A DNA stretch of 63,803 nucleotides, the filler included, from Intoshia linei (lineage: Eukaryota; Animalia; Orthonectida): NCBI GenBank assembly GCA_001642005.1. It is 7 parts of 7 records of this genome, joined end to end, with 100 filler letters (N's around TTAATTAATTAA, not from the genome) between each part and the next. Parts side by side here need not be neighbours in the genome. Positions count along the whole stretch, not along the records: positions 1 to 17,540 come from LWCA01000801.1; 6 more parts are not named here. One strand, 5' to 3'. The position numbers and the translations under genes were made by a program. A model generated the notes under the pieces. The model worked only from the letters and a program-made list of their open reading frames with translations. It did not search any database and was not told the origin of the DNA. Shown in pieces: positions 1 through 13,400 of the stretch. Position 1 is the first letter of the stretch. Each line of letters starts with the position of its first letter.

Positions 1-130
1 ATTGGAATAATTATTACATTTTCGATATTTTTTTAATTATGATAGCATTAATATTTTTACTGAAAATTGCGATTTAGACGACAATATTTTCCATAACTGG
101 GTTTCTACTGCATTAATAAATAAAAAATTC

Positions 131-383
131 AATGAATTTAAGGTAGAAGAATCTAATATACAAGAAAAATTAGCATTAGGATTGGAAATATCATTTGAAA
201 AATTACCAGTGCATAACAGAATGTTCAGAATGTTATGTAAAATGCCATTAACCGAAGCTTCAGTTGAAAGAACCTTTTCGAAACATCGTCAATTTCATAA
301 TTATTTAAGAGCAAATCTATCCACAGAAAAATTGAATAATCAATTGTTTATTTGATACAATTGAGAAAAATTTTATGAATAAT
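131..383 (+). pseudogene. hAT transposase C-terminal dimerisation domain remnant
   Basis: Frame from 242 reads MPLTEASVERTFSKHRQFHNYLRANLSTEKLNNQLFI*YN, the hAT P..ASVER.FS...R..L...L.I..N motif with in-frame stops. Confidence 0.75.
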
Positions 384-2559
384 CAATTAATTGTACATTA
401 CTAAATAATAAATAATATTTTATTTTATTGACACTACCATAATATATACATTTATATGTACTGTATTAATTAATAATAATTAATTATTTTAATTATATAA
501 TTAAAATTAATAATATTACTTTTAGCATATTTTTGCAAAATAAAAAATATTTATATCATTCTGCAGCAAATTAAATGGGGATCATTATCTATCATGCATA
601 TACATTTAAAAAAAGGTCCAAAATAGAATAGTCCTGTTGTACAATGTAAATTTTAATCTATACTCAGTTCTTAGATAGATAACTTGAAATTGTAATTGAT
701 TTATAATTGTGTGTATTCATAAATTAGTTTATAATTTATAATTATAAATCCTAGAATTTTAGATAAAAATAAATCATGCACTATTGTGTACATTGGACAA
801 TGTCCATTTATTTTTTTAACAAAATATGATTAGTGCCCAGTGAATTAACTTAGTTTTATTGAAACTAAGATATAACATTTTTTACTGGCTAAAAATTTAT
901 CAACGCGCCACTTTTTGAACAAACTCCTGATAAGTTCAGCATTGGCATAAATTAATATTTTATAATAATTAAATTGCACATGCACAATCATGCACATTCA
1001 CCAAATAACCTGGAATAATGCGGGCGTTACGACTTACCAATTGAAAAAAATACGATTCTAATACACCATTGTCCCGGTTGTTTTATCATCAATTTCATAA
1101 ATGCACATCTTAATCATAAAAAACTAATTTAATCACGCAATTTATTGCTAATTTTTCTTGAAATATTAGTAAATTGCATTGATTTCATATCATATTTATA
1201 TTCAATTTTATGAAAGTAAGTAATTTTTTATTTACATAGAACGGTATGGAGAAGATACCGCCTCATGCAGATCTACCTACTGTTTTACGCCGTACAAAAC
1301 AGACAAACTGGTAAAACAAAAAATATTACAACATAAAACCAACTTAATTTTTAGATACAAAATTAAAAATTGATGAAAAAGATAGTTGAGGAAAAAATTC
1401 CATTCAATCCACAAAAAAAAAGAAAAATTGTCTCTTTAACAGTGGATCGGTATTTCTAAATTACAATTGGTGCATTATTATTCAACCTTATTTGTATCAC
1501 AAATTGTGATTCACAATGCAGTGCACTATATGAAAATTTTAATGTGAGGAATTTCCAAACTGACAACTAAAAATTCATTATCACATGGATCAATTACATT
1601 TAACTTTAAAACAGTGCAATTTAGATGTGCAGTGTCAAACCATTTAAAATGAAAACTTTTAGGTTATTATCAAATAATGGATTAAGAGTGTTACAGACTA
1701 GATCAAAGATTTTAAAACATAATGTTAATGTTAAAGATAAATTCGTAACTTTTTATTAATGCAAAATTTTACTATCTAAAATTTAGATATTAAATATTGA
1801 GAAATTTATTAAAGAGTTAGAACTTTGGTCTTATGCTTGTTGCCAGAATGTGAAATTTGTTGATTTTATAGATAAGTGCGAAAGTTTTAGTGGAAACCAT
1901 CAAATTCAAGTAATTAAAATTTTTAAATTAATCACGAAACCATGTTAAAAAACCAAAACCAAAGTGTGATTAAATATATACATGTTTAGTACATTTTTGA
2001 TACTAAAAAATTCTTTATAGAAAGATAATTTTAATATGCTGTTGCTTTATTGAGTTTGAAGTGTAGTAAAAAAATTATTTTGTGTTATTGATTTATTTAC
2101 TTTTTTTGATAAATTAGTTATTCTTGGATTCACTTGAGAATCAGCTCACTAACGAAAACACAACCGATTTTAAAGAAATTAATGAGTTACCAAAATACAA
2201 CTCTGAAAATGACAATAATAATGACCATCAAGACGGATATAATAAAAATAAAGATGACGGCAATGAAAGTGATGCATTTTATAATTTTGAAGATTCAGAC
2301 AGAGAAACATGAAATTTTACTATATTGTTATTTAATTTATGAAATTAATAATAAATATATATTTTCTGTATTTGAACTGTCTCAGTAACCAATTTTTTTG
2401 GAATTATTGAATTATAATTCAAAATATAGGTGTCCAATGGACATTAATTACATAAACATAAAATGTATGATCATTTAGCCTTGGATAAGTGTATTAATGT
2501 TTGTTCTCAGTGAGATTCTGTTCGAGATTCTCAGGCCGAAGGCAATATTTTAAACCAGG

Positions 2560-3095
2560 GCGGTCATTTGGTACAAATGTCGTAACGCAGGGCACAAAGA
2601 TAATACTTGTCAATACTACATCAATAACGAAAAAAAGATATCGAAATTGGAAGAATTTCGTTATAAGTTATACTCAAAAAGTATGGTTTAGGGCAGGCAT
2701 TATGGATCTACATCACTCCATTTCGTACAATCTAATGTAAATTCTGACGTTTATATAAGATATATTGTGTAAATCCTATATGCCGTCCATCAAACCGGGT
2801 TTATATTGATGCAAGATAATGCTAGACCTCACGTTTCTGCTAAAACTTTGGATTTTTTGAAGGAAAATAGCATATCGGTACTTGATTGGTCACCTTATAG
2901 TCCTCATTGTAATCCAATTGAAAATCTATGGGCTACAATGGTTCGTCGTCTATACCCTGGCAGCAAGGTTTACCGTAGTCTTGACGAATTAAAAGTTGAA
3001 ATTGGTATTATTTGAGACTCGCTGGAAGTAGATGAAATTCGCCGATTGGTGCAATCAATCAAAGAAAATAAAGGTGGGAATTTACGTAATTATTA
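2560..3095 (+). mobile_element. Tc1/mariner (DD34E-type) transposase remnant
   Basis: ORF 2806-3015 has QDNARPH...LDWSPYSPHCNPIENLW, a degenerate WPSQSPDLNPIE. Flanking sequence has stops and frameshifts. Confidence 0.85.
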
Positions 3096-3429
3096 GTAAG
3101 TAAAAATTTATATTTATAAATTGTTTTTTTTTGCATTTATAACTCTTTAATAAATTTCATATAGTTTTGGCGAATTTTTTAATCATAAAAATTGTAATTG
3201 CTAATTATTTTTTAAATTGGTACATTATTTTTTATAAATTTTTGCATACAAAATTTATAACATGAAGGCATTCATACATTGCATAAATAACCTATATTGT
3301 AACTCAAAAATACCATTATTCGAAGAAATTCATATTTTTTACATAGTTTTGGGGATGAGTTTATATTATTTATAGGCCAGATTCATTTTAAGGCCGATTT
3401 TGTATCGAGATTAAAAAGTTAACCAAATT

Positions 3430-3744
3430 ACTTGTCAGGATTTCACAAATTCATTAAATCAATCTCAGGACGATGATATTCAACAAATAATAAAAAAGGA
3501 TGATACGGATATGCCTCAAACTAATAAATATTACAAATTAAGAAATTCATTATGCGTAGAAAATGGTAGTCTGTATCTTATTCAAAACAAGTCTAAATTT
3601 TATATTGTATCCAGTATCGATAGATTACATATATTAAAACATTACCATAATTCTTTGTCCTATTCTCATCCTGGTATTACTAAATGTTTTCAGGAAATAA
3701 GAATGACACTATTTGACCATATATGTATAATTATATTAAATTAG
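3430..3744 (+). mobile_element. Ty3/Gypsy integrase zinc-binding region fragment
   Basis: LCVENGSLY...ILKHYHNSLSYSHPGITKCFQEIR is the H..H half of the HHCC motif, similar to the Gypsy copy near 63150. Confidence 0.7.
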
Positions 3745-3809
3745 CCCAGTACACATTTACCGTGTAAATATCATCTAAAAATAATTCATATGCTCATATC
3801 CTTATAGAA

Positions 3810-4045
3810 AATTTAAACCCCAGAAATCTACGCATTCCCCGTGAAAAATAATTTTTAATTTATTTTCAACCATTATTTTTCAAATATTTCGATTAAAATA
3901 AAAATTGAAAATGTAAGTATTGATCTTAAAATTTGAAAAAAAATGTGCTTGAACGTCTACACATTTCCAATAAAGAAATATGGGTGAAAATCTATATAAT
4001 TCATTCTTTCGCAATTTTTAAATTTCAAATGCTCATTTTCAAAAC
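3810..4045 (+). repeat. Internal fragment of Helitron-like dispersed repeat family A
   Basis: ccagaaatctacgcattc...catttccaataaagaaatatgggtgaaaatctatataattcattc recurs at ~36290, ~48827 and ~57222. Confidence 0.75.
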
Positions 4046-4435
4046 AGTTTTAATGAAATTTAAATAATATTTCATTTACATTTAAATAATAATTGTATTT
4101 GCATGACTATTCGATACAATTTCAGATACAGATACTAAATGAGAATAATTCCAAACTATTAGAGTTGTCACCATTTCTACGATGAATTTGAAACTATTTC
4201 ATTTTATAACGAGGGTTGATATTACAATAACGACTATTTTCTGCCAATTAAAGGAATACTATGAAAATTGAAATGTTCTTTATGAATCTATTGTTTTATG
4301 TACCCAAATATTAGAAAAGCGATAGAGCTCAAGATACAATCAAAACACTATGTAAAAATAAAGGAGATGAAAATTATACATATTTTATAATTTTTACGAT
4401 TCAGACCAAGAAAAATAAAATTTTATTGTATAAAA

Positions 4436-7400
4436 TTAATATTTTGGACATCGTCCCAATTGAATTTTTCCGTGTACTTTCATTTCTGAGTAAGTAAATT
4501 GATTTCCATCAATGTTTACATCTCTAATACATCCTGAAAATGGATTTGTTTTATATTTTTCAACGGACGGTTCTAGGAATAATAAGTTTAAATGATTAAT
4601 TTAGATTAAAAATGTATTCTCATTTATAATTATATACAATTATACAATTGATTGAATTATACGAACAACATTAATTTTTTTAAAAAAAAAATCCTTATTT
4701 CTAATTAAAATACATTGACCAAGCGAAAATATGTTCACCATTAATATGTACGTTTCACAACATTGTTCTGTAAACGGTGCGTCTTGATGCAACGGCACTT
4801 TATTGTTTTTTATCTATTTGTTAATTATTAAAACTTAATTTAAAAAAATCTGAATGATCAATAATTTTATGTCATGGGATATTTTCGTCTTCTCGTGTAG
4901 ATTGCACTGTAAAAAATATACCAGAAATTATTTAAAAAGTCTCTGATTAAGGTAAATTTTGCCATTTTTTTTTACAGATAATTTTATAATTGAAATTTCT
5001 ATAGTTTATTATATATATCATATTTAATTATGTATTTAAATAATATTAGTTACCCAAAATAGTTTGCTTAATGATTTAAAATATATAATAATCCTTTGTA
5101 TAAATCAATATTAATATGATATTATTACAGTAACTAGGAGATACATACTTCAGAATATACAATTTTCAGATTGGTCTATCATTTAAAAATAAAGCCTAGC
5201 AGAAATTTTTTTCAAACTATAAAAATGTTGTCCTGTGTTGTAATATGTATGTTTAATATTATTTTATAAAAAATTTTTTTAAAAATAAGATAAAAAATAG
5301 GAGTTATAAAATATAAATAAATACGCTCTATAAAATTAGGAACATTGCCCAAATATAAGTTTGCCTTCATTTCAAAAACGTTCATGTTTGATATTGAAGG
5401 ATATCCATATATTCCGTTGACACTTATAGTGTATACATTGTTTGTTTTGTAAACTAAAATTTAATGATGAGAAATTATTCACAAATTTAAAATAATTTTT
5501 GAATTAGATGTCTATATTTGCTATCATTTGTAAATTTCTTAAATAAAATTTTACTGTGACTGCAAACAAGGTCATCTTATAATAAAATTCACAGAGTTTG
5601 CACAATTTTTGAATATATAGAAATAAATATATATTTTCAATAACAAATTAGAAATCAAATTAAAAATGATCATTTTTCAAGGTTTCTTAATAAAAACTCA
5701 ATTTTAACCAAACCCTAAAATGGAAATTCGCCTTTATCCAAATTTCAAGGAAATATATAACAAAATAAATTTATTAACCTTCTATGTAATGCCACTTATC
5801 ATCACATATTTCAAAATTGGATTCCAACGATAACTGTGTTATCGTTTCTTGTCCTTCATAAAAGGTAACAAATTCAACCTATTATGAAATTAGCTGAGAA
5901 TATAATTATAAATATATTACATTTCCATCTGCTAATCGTATTATTACCAAATCATCCATACTTTCACTAAACAAACTCAATATAATACCATTATTACTAC
6001 GAGCTCTAATGGAAAAATTTATATTAAAGTCGTTCAAAATAAAAAATTGATTTTCTAAAAATATAAAATATAATATATAATTTTTAGTACATGATTATTA
6101 TTACTATTACTAATAATAATAATACGAGATGTCAAGTAATCGTCTGCAGCTTTAGTCGATGTGAATAATTGTGTGTTATTATTTTTATTTACATGTTCAT
6201 GTTAATTAAACCTTTAGAAAAAATAAAATGTAGCGCTTTCCATTTAAATCAGTGGGTTACTTATCAACTTGTCAATTTTTCAAAATTTTAATTTTTCTGT
6301 TCGATTCAATTCAGTGTATTCGAAAAAGTGTGCCGTCAACGGTTTACGGTCTTTTACGTGATACAATATAAACAACCACAATATTACTGTGTACCGAATT
6401 TTAAGATTTATTATAATATAATTTTCAAATTATTAGTGGAAAAATTTCACATTAATTTTATGATGCTTATTTTTTTCATGTTAATATCGATAATACCATG
6501 AGGAATTTTATTTGTTTAGTTAACAAGTATGCTATTATTGTGATTTTATAAAAGTTGGTAAAATGTAGATAACATTACGTAAATAAAACTCTAATTCTAT
6601 TACATGTATGCTGTAAAATGCATACTGTATAGGGTTGGCAATTTACCGCATAAATTTGTACCGGTAAATTTTTTTTAAATATCAAAACTAATTTAATCTC
6701 TATAAATTATTTAAACATATTTATATTATTTTTGAAAATACATATGTAGTATTATAATATAATTTTTTATGAGAATCAAAAATTTATGTGTGTGTTAACT
6801 GGAGTTAATATTAACTGAATTTTTTTTAAAATTTTAAGAATATTATCATTTTTTCAAAAAAGGTAATTTGTAATTTTGGTTCTGAAGATATAGCTTTTTA
6901 AATTGATGACAATTTTCATGATTTTAAAATCTGTATCAGAGTGTATACTTTTTATTTAATTATAGAACTCGTTTGATTTTCAAAAAAAAGGATAATTGAG
7001 GTTTTGACCAATATGACGTAAGTTTCTGAGATTGAAATTTATCTTATTTTTCCCCCCGGAATCGACTGACTTGGAATTATTGTTTGTTAAAATTATACGA
7101 GTCTTTGTTATTGTAATAAACCATAACACACAAATGGACAGCCACAAAAAAGTGGTTTATATAAGATAGAATATGTAACGTACAAAATACACACAGGCTA
7201 AATCCTATATAACAAAATTCCTCGTTAACGGAAAATAATTTCTGATTAACGGACTTTGAATTTTTTTGAAGTAAAAAAGGACTGTTAAATTTTAAATTAA
7301 AGTGACTAGCATCATAATTACTCTAAACTTTTTTAGAATAAAATTAAAAACTTTAGATACTTAAAACATACTATTTTATTTATTAATAATGATAATAATG

Positions 7401-10400
7401 CTTGATTATAAATTATATGAAATGATCTGTAAAGATAGGTTAAGTGGAATTAAAATCAAAATATTTTCATTTTTTTACTGCAGTCGTTCTCGGTCAAATG
7501 ATGTACGGACACCCATTTCAAAAGATTTATTTTTTTGGACCACAAGGGAAACATGAAATATAAAACATTGATGAAAAAATCAAATATTTTTCATCATAGG
7601 ATTTAGTAAAACCTTGTTTTTCAAAAAATTATTGGGAGGGGGTTTTTTATTGAGGGTTTGTAAAATTGCATTTTTTATTTTAAGTTTTGGATTAGAAAAT
7701 TGTTGCTCATAAGATTTAGTATAAGTGGATTTTTCAAAATGATATTTTAAAAAGAAAAAATTTCCCTTAAACGTAGGTAATATAGGAGTTTTATTTTGTG
7801 GTTAAAATAAAAGGGTTTTCTTATAAAATTTGGTAAAATCGTGTTTTTAAAAAGGAAATAATAAAAAAAGTATATTTTTCCGTTAAGGGTGCATAAATTT
7901 GGATTTTTTATTTGGTGGTTTGATTAATTGGATTTTTTCATAAGATTTCGTAAAATCGGATCTTTCAAAAAAATATCGGAAAAAGTCAATTTTTCCCTGA
8001 AAGGCTAAAAATGGTATTTTTTATTAAATTTATTAATGGTGGGATAAAAGAGGGATTTTTGGAATAATAATGTATAGAAACTCTGTAGTAAATATAAAAA
8101 ATTCTCCTATAAAAATACAGTCGATTCTGTTCTATGTGAACATTAAGGGACCAGGTTTTGATTCATGTTCATACTATAATTTAATATGAACATATAGGAA
8201 TGGCGATAATAATATAATTAAAAGTTTCGAAATGTCCAATCAATGTTTGTTCAAACAAAATTGTCGTGGTTATATTAAGCTAAGTTTATATTCTAGAATA
8301 TTCATATAGAACAGAATCGACTGTATACAAAAATTATGAAAATTTTTCATTATTTTATTTTAATCTCACGGACCATAGTTAGTTTCAGGCATATAATTTT
8401 GAACGCAAATCGGGAACCACTGCTTTAATTTATTCATTTATAAAAAATTCCAAACAAACGGAAAGAGATTTTTTCAGAATTATTTCAGAGGAATTATCCT
8501 GTATTATATTTTTATGGATAAATTTAATATTTTTAGTAAATAATTACCAAATGATATATACGACGTTGAATCCAAACCATAGATATATACACCAAGTTCT
8601 AGATCATCTTTGCACGGAGTTATAAGTGTAGTGAAATTTTCTTTTTGAAGGTTATTTTCATTTAACGTTATCTCTTTGATGCACCCTTTAAAACTTTTAG
8701 TTAGACCCTGTAAATACAATTATAATTAAATACTAAACAAGAATTTGTTTTAAAATTTTAAAAATACGTCTAAATTTTTTCGAGATAAGCGTTCCGATTG
8801 TTTATCTATTGAACCAAATTGAATAACACTGGTTATATCAATAGACCTAGCAGAGCCAGGCGTATTTCCAGTAGCAATAAGCTTTGAGTCAATACTCAAA
8901 TAACCTTTACTTTCATTACGCCCAATTTTAACAGAATGCCATTTTCCATCATTATACAACTTATTTGACGTTAGCATTAAAACTCCACTTCCACAATTAA
9001 AGGTAAATATAAATCTTCCATGATCTATGACCACCCCAAAAAAATCAACATGTTTTACATCATTTGCATATATAATGACACCGTTCTTACTTTGAGTTTT
9101 TATTTTAAACGAAAATTCAAATTTCAATTTTAAGTCAAAATGCATATTATTGTAATAATAAGCTGTAGTTTCCGAAAACAATAGGCCGATATAGAACAGT
9201 TCATTATTCATTGATTCTACGATAGGCTTCAAATAGCATTTATTCAAATGTATTTTACTAATTACAACATCTAAATAATAGTTGATAAAAATAAAAATAA
9301 TTGAACCGTGTGGTTTGGAAAAATTTACATTCCCAATATTTTTTTCCCGTCTTCTTCCATTTTCACAGGAATATATTTCATCCTTATTTTTTTCAATAGA
9401 TGCAAATGTGGTGAAATCAATCAGCCTAATAATAAATTATTTAAATAAATAAAAAATAACCCATCATTGTGTACAATGGGACCAATACAACCAGTAAATC
9501 TTTTATATTTTGTATTATCAATATTTGGAAAAGATCCAAAATGCACTTGAAATATTAAATTTGGATCAAACCGGTGTTCGTCAAAACTTACAAAAAGTTC
9601 ATTGTTTAACATTATTTTGATTCTACATAAATACATGTATAAGAAAATTTAAATATTAAAAAAAATATTACAATTTATTTTCAATTTGGATGTATATGGA
9701 GTTGCTATTTTGAAGTAAAGATTTTGATTCAAACGTATGATTTACTCCAAACGAAGTTAACAATATATTAACATTTAAATTTTTTAAATGAATAATCAGT
9801 TCAAAGTCATCATTCGTCATATGTAAAATTGTTCCTTTATTTCCAGTTGAACTGAATATATATTCCAGAATTGCATCTTTCATTTTCAAGTTTTTCATTT
9901 CTAGTAAAATCTTTTTATTCATGATTTCACTAAGGTAAACAGAGTTCAAGTCCTAAAAATATTGAATATAATAAAATTAAAATTAATCATTTTTTTCAGT
10001 TTTGATTATCAAACTTATATATTACAAGTATTTTACTAACACGCTGTAACCTCAGTTTTAAAATTTAAAAAATTATAATTTATAAATGAAAAGTACCAGT
10101 GAGCATTTGGTTTTGGTTTGAGATTTGTAATGTACATTTTTCTTTTTCATCGGCATATTTCCAAACACGATAGAAGATATACATCCAGTAAAAGGAGGAA
10201 AATCATTCGAACTAAAATAGATAAAATCAAAATATTTATAAATGATTTGGTAGTGTCAGATTAATCTTAAAAAATGTCTGAAAATTCGAAACAGTACAAT
10301 TTACTACACATTTTAAGTATTTATATTAAAAATACTTTTTAACCAAAATTCGATTTGGCAATCTTCCCGTGTGAACTAAATCACCCAAAGTAAGCTGTGT

Positions 10401-13400
10401 AGATATTCCAGACGAAATACTCATATCAACTAAATGCGTAAATTAATAAAAATATCTACTGTTGTATAAAAATTTCATTTCATTTTACACATTTGTAGAC
10501 ATTACTTGTTTCTCCATCAATTTTTAAAATCCCATTTTTGTATAATCTTTGAATTACGACAGAGTGCCATTTTCCATCATTATAATTTTTCTTGGAAGTG
10601 AGATGAGCCGCACCTAATATATGAACACTTTGTAAATTGCATTTATAGACATAATAACGGAAATAGTAATTTGAAAATTTTAAAACATACCTGTCCCTAA
10701 ATCATAATCATAATGAATACGCCCATCTTTAATATACAAGTTTATATAATTTAAATTCAAATATTTGCTTTCTTCTGAACCGGAATATAACAAGACACCA
10801 GCATCATTCAATGTTTTAAATCGAATGTTGAATGAATTTGATCTTGATGATTTTTCAATACGACGCAATTTAAAAGCTACAACGTCGTCTCCAAAAAATG
10901 AAAATGTATCTCCATCAAGCTGAGAATTAATCATTGATGAACTAAATTTAATTTCAAAAGTTGAATTAAAATTGTAAAAATGCAAATGTATTTTAATTAC
11001 TACCTGATTCCACAACCTTCAACTACATCCACTGCCGTGTTAAAATTCCATAAACTGATAAATTCTTGATCCAAATAAACGTTATGTATACACCCAGAAA
11101 ATTGATGGTAAGGAGGTTTAGACTAAACAATAAAAGTACATTACATGTTACATCGTATATTACACTAGTCAAGAAAATGAAAACTTTTTTCGAAGATCTC
11201 TATATAATTCATATCATTAAATAGCTGAAATTTTTGTGGTCAACATAATATTTTACTTTTATAATTTGATATTTTCAAATCAAAATTAAAAATGGATGAT
11301 TATAATATCATAGTAACTAGCAAATTTTAAAAAACAGGAATTAATTACACTTAATATAAATAACGGGCTGGTACCCCAAAATAATTTCTGGTACTCCTTA
11401 GGGGTACAGAACCCCATTTGGAAACCGCTGATATAAATACAATATACTTGTAAATGTAATTAATATTCGAAAGTTCGACTAAAAAAAAGTAATTTGTCTT
11501 AGTATGACCTTCTAGCTTCCAGTATTCTGTCACATAATATAACTAAAGCCTTTTTAATTTTCTTTCTTGAATAATTTAGTCTTTTAATACTTTGAGAAAT
11601 TAAAATATTTATATCATATAATTTTTAATAATTTATAATAATTTTTTCTGCATTCCCATTCGGGTTACATTACATTATCATTACTGATTATTCTCCTCAA
11701 TTTAACTTGCAAATTTACATATTTTTTACGTTACTTTCTTAAAATTAATAATTATTTAGCATAGAAATATTAATATTTAATATATTTTTCCTAAAAATCT
11801 AAATTTATAAAATAAATATATATTGTCCTTACTTATATTATATAAAGGGATTATCAAGGGGTTTACCGATGAGGGTACAAAAAAGTAATTTTATCGAAAT
11901 TTTCTAGTATGTCTTTATTGTCATTTCCGTAAGTTTATTTATCAGAATATGGGTTATGCTGTTCTGTACTTGTTAAAAAAAGATAAAGACTTTGATTTAC
12001 AATCCGAGATATTTACGATGCAAACTTACAAAATTAGTACCAATATGAAAAAAATCTGTAAAAATCCTTAGGCTCAATCTTATCACTAATCGTGCAGAAC
12101 AAATATTCTAATTACAGTAGTTGCTTGATTCTACATGCGGCAAATGACCTGATAAATTTTTGTTTAAAACAACGCATTTCGTAAAAAATTATTCAAAAAT
12201 ATTTTTTTTTCATTATAATATTAAATTAACGCAGTGCTTCTCCCTTGGGGTCCAAAAATATATGCATGGGGTCCGTGAAATTCAAATAAAATATTAAAAA
12301 AATTTTATCAACTTTGGTTTATATATTTTATAAAAAATTTTTTAATATTTACTACAGAGTTGCCAGATTTTTCCCCCAATTTATGCCCAAATTTATGGAA
12401 TTTTCCCCAAATTTATGCCAAAACTTAGACGACCGCTACATTATCATTTCAAAAATCCCACTTTTATCTCACCATTAATAAAATTTATTTCTTGTACTAT
12501 AAAATTATTTCCTTGAGGGTTGGTGAAATTGAGTTTTTTCTTATGGGATCTGATAGAGGGATTTTTTATCTAAAAGTTTGGTAAAATTGGATTTTTCAAA
12601 AAAATATTGGTAGAAATAGATTTTTTCCTTAAGGGTTAGTAAAATTTTGGTTTTTTCACATATTTGACTAAATTGAAAATATCTTCAAAATTTATCATTC
12701 ACCCCTATTTACCCCCAATAATCTAAAATTTTAGTATTCACCCCCTCATAAAAATATTCACCTCTTGGGGCTGCACAGTCACCCCCATGACAAGCACTAT
12801 TTTAAACCCTCAGGGAAAAATCGACTTTACCGATGCTTTTTTATTTCCGATAATATTCAATGAAAATATCGACTTAAAAATCACAAAATCAAGTATCCCC
12901 TTAATCAAATATTTTTTTGAGAGTGAAAGTGGGCCTAAAATCAAAAACATTGAGAAACACTCATTTAACCGTTGATCACATAATGAATAAAATTAACCGT
13001 TGGAATATTTTCGGAATTTCCAAACAATAAAACCACATTTTCAAAATTTATCAATGCTGACTTTGATGTGATTGCAAAATTTTTAACAGTATCAACTTGA
13101 ACGTTTAATTCTGTACCCTTTCTAAATTAAATTTATTTAAAATAATAAATTACAATTTAATATAATTAAATTATTTAATTTATATTAATAAAGTTTAATA
13201 AATCTTTTTTTACCTTACAACATTAATTTCATGCCAATTTTGATCATTAATTAACACATCAATTAATATTGTTTTACTTTCAGTTTCTTTCAATCCAGTC
13301 AAATGTTCAGTTTGTTTTTGTAATTCCACCAACAATTTTCCATTTACAATGTAACCGCAAATATAATTTGACTTGAATTTTTAAAGTACACATAAAATAA

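Noticed and set aside
1240-1450. Exon-like segments bounded by AG/GT
   Set aside because: No consistent frame or recognisable product could be built.
2124-2312. Asp/Asn-rich 62-aa ORF
   Set aside because: Low complexity, no ATG start and no linked exons found; possibly a terminal exon or TE debris.
12787-12975. 62-aa ORF in a laminin intron
   Set aside because: Lies in repeat-derived DNA and has no protein motif.
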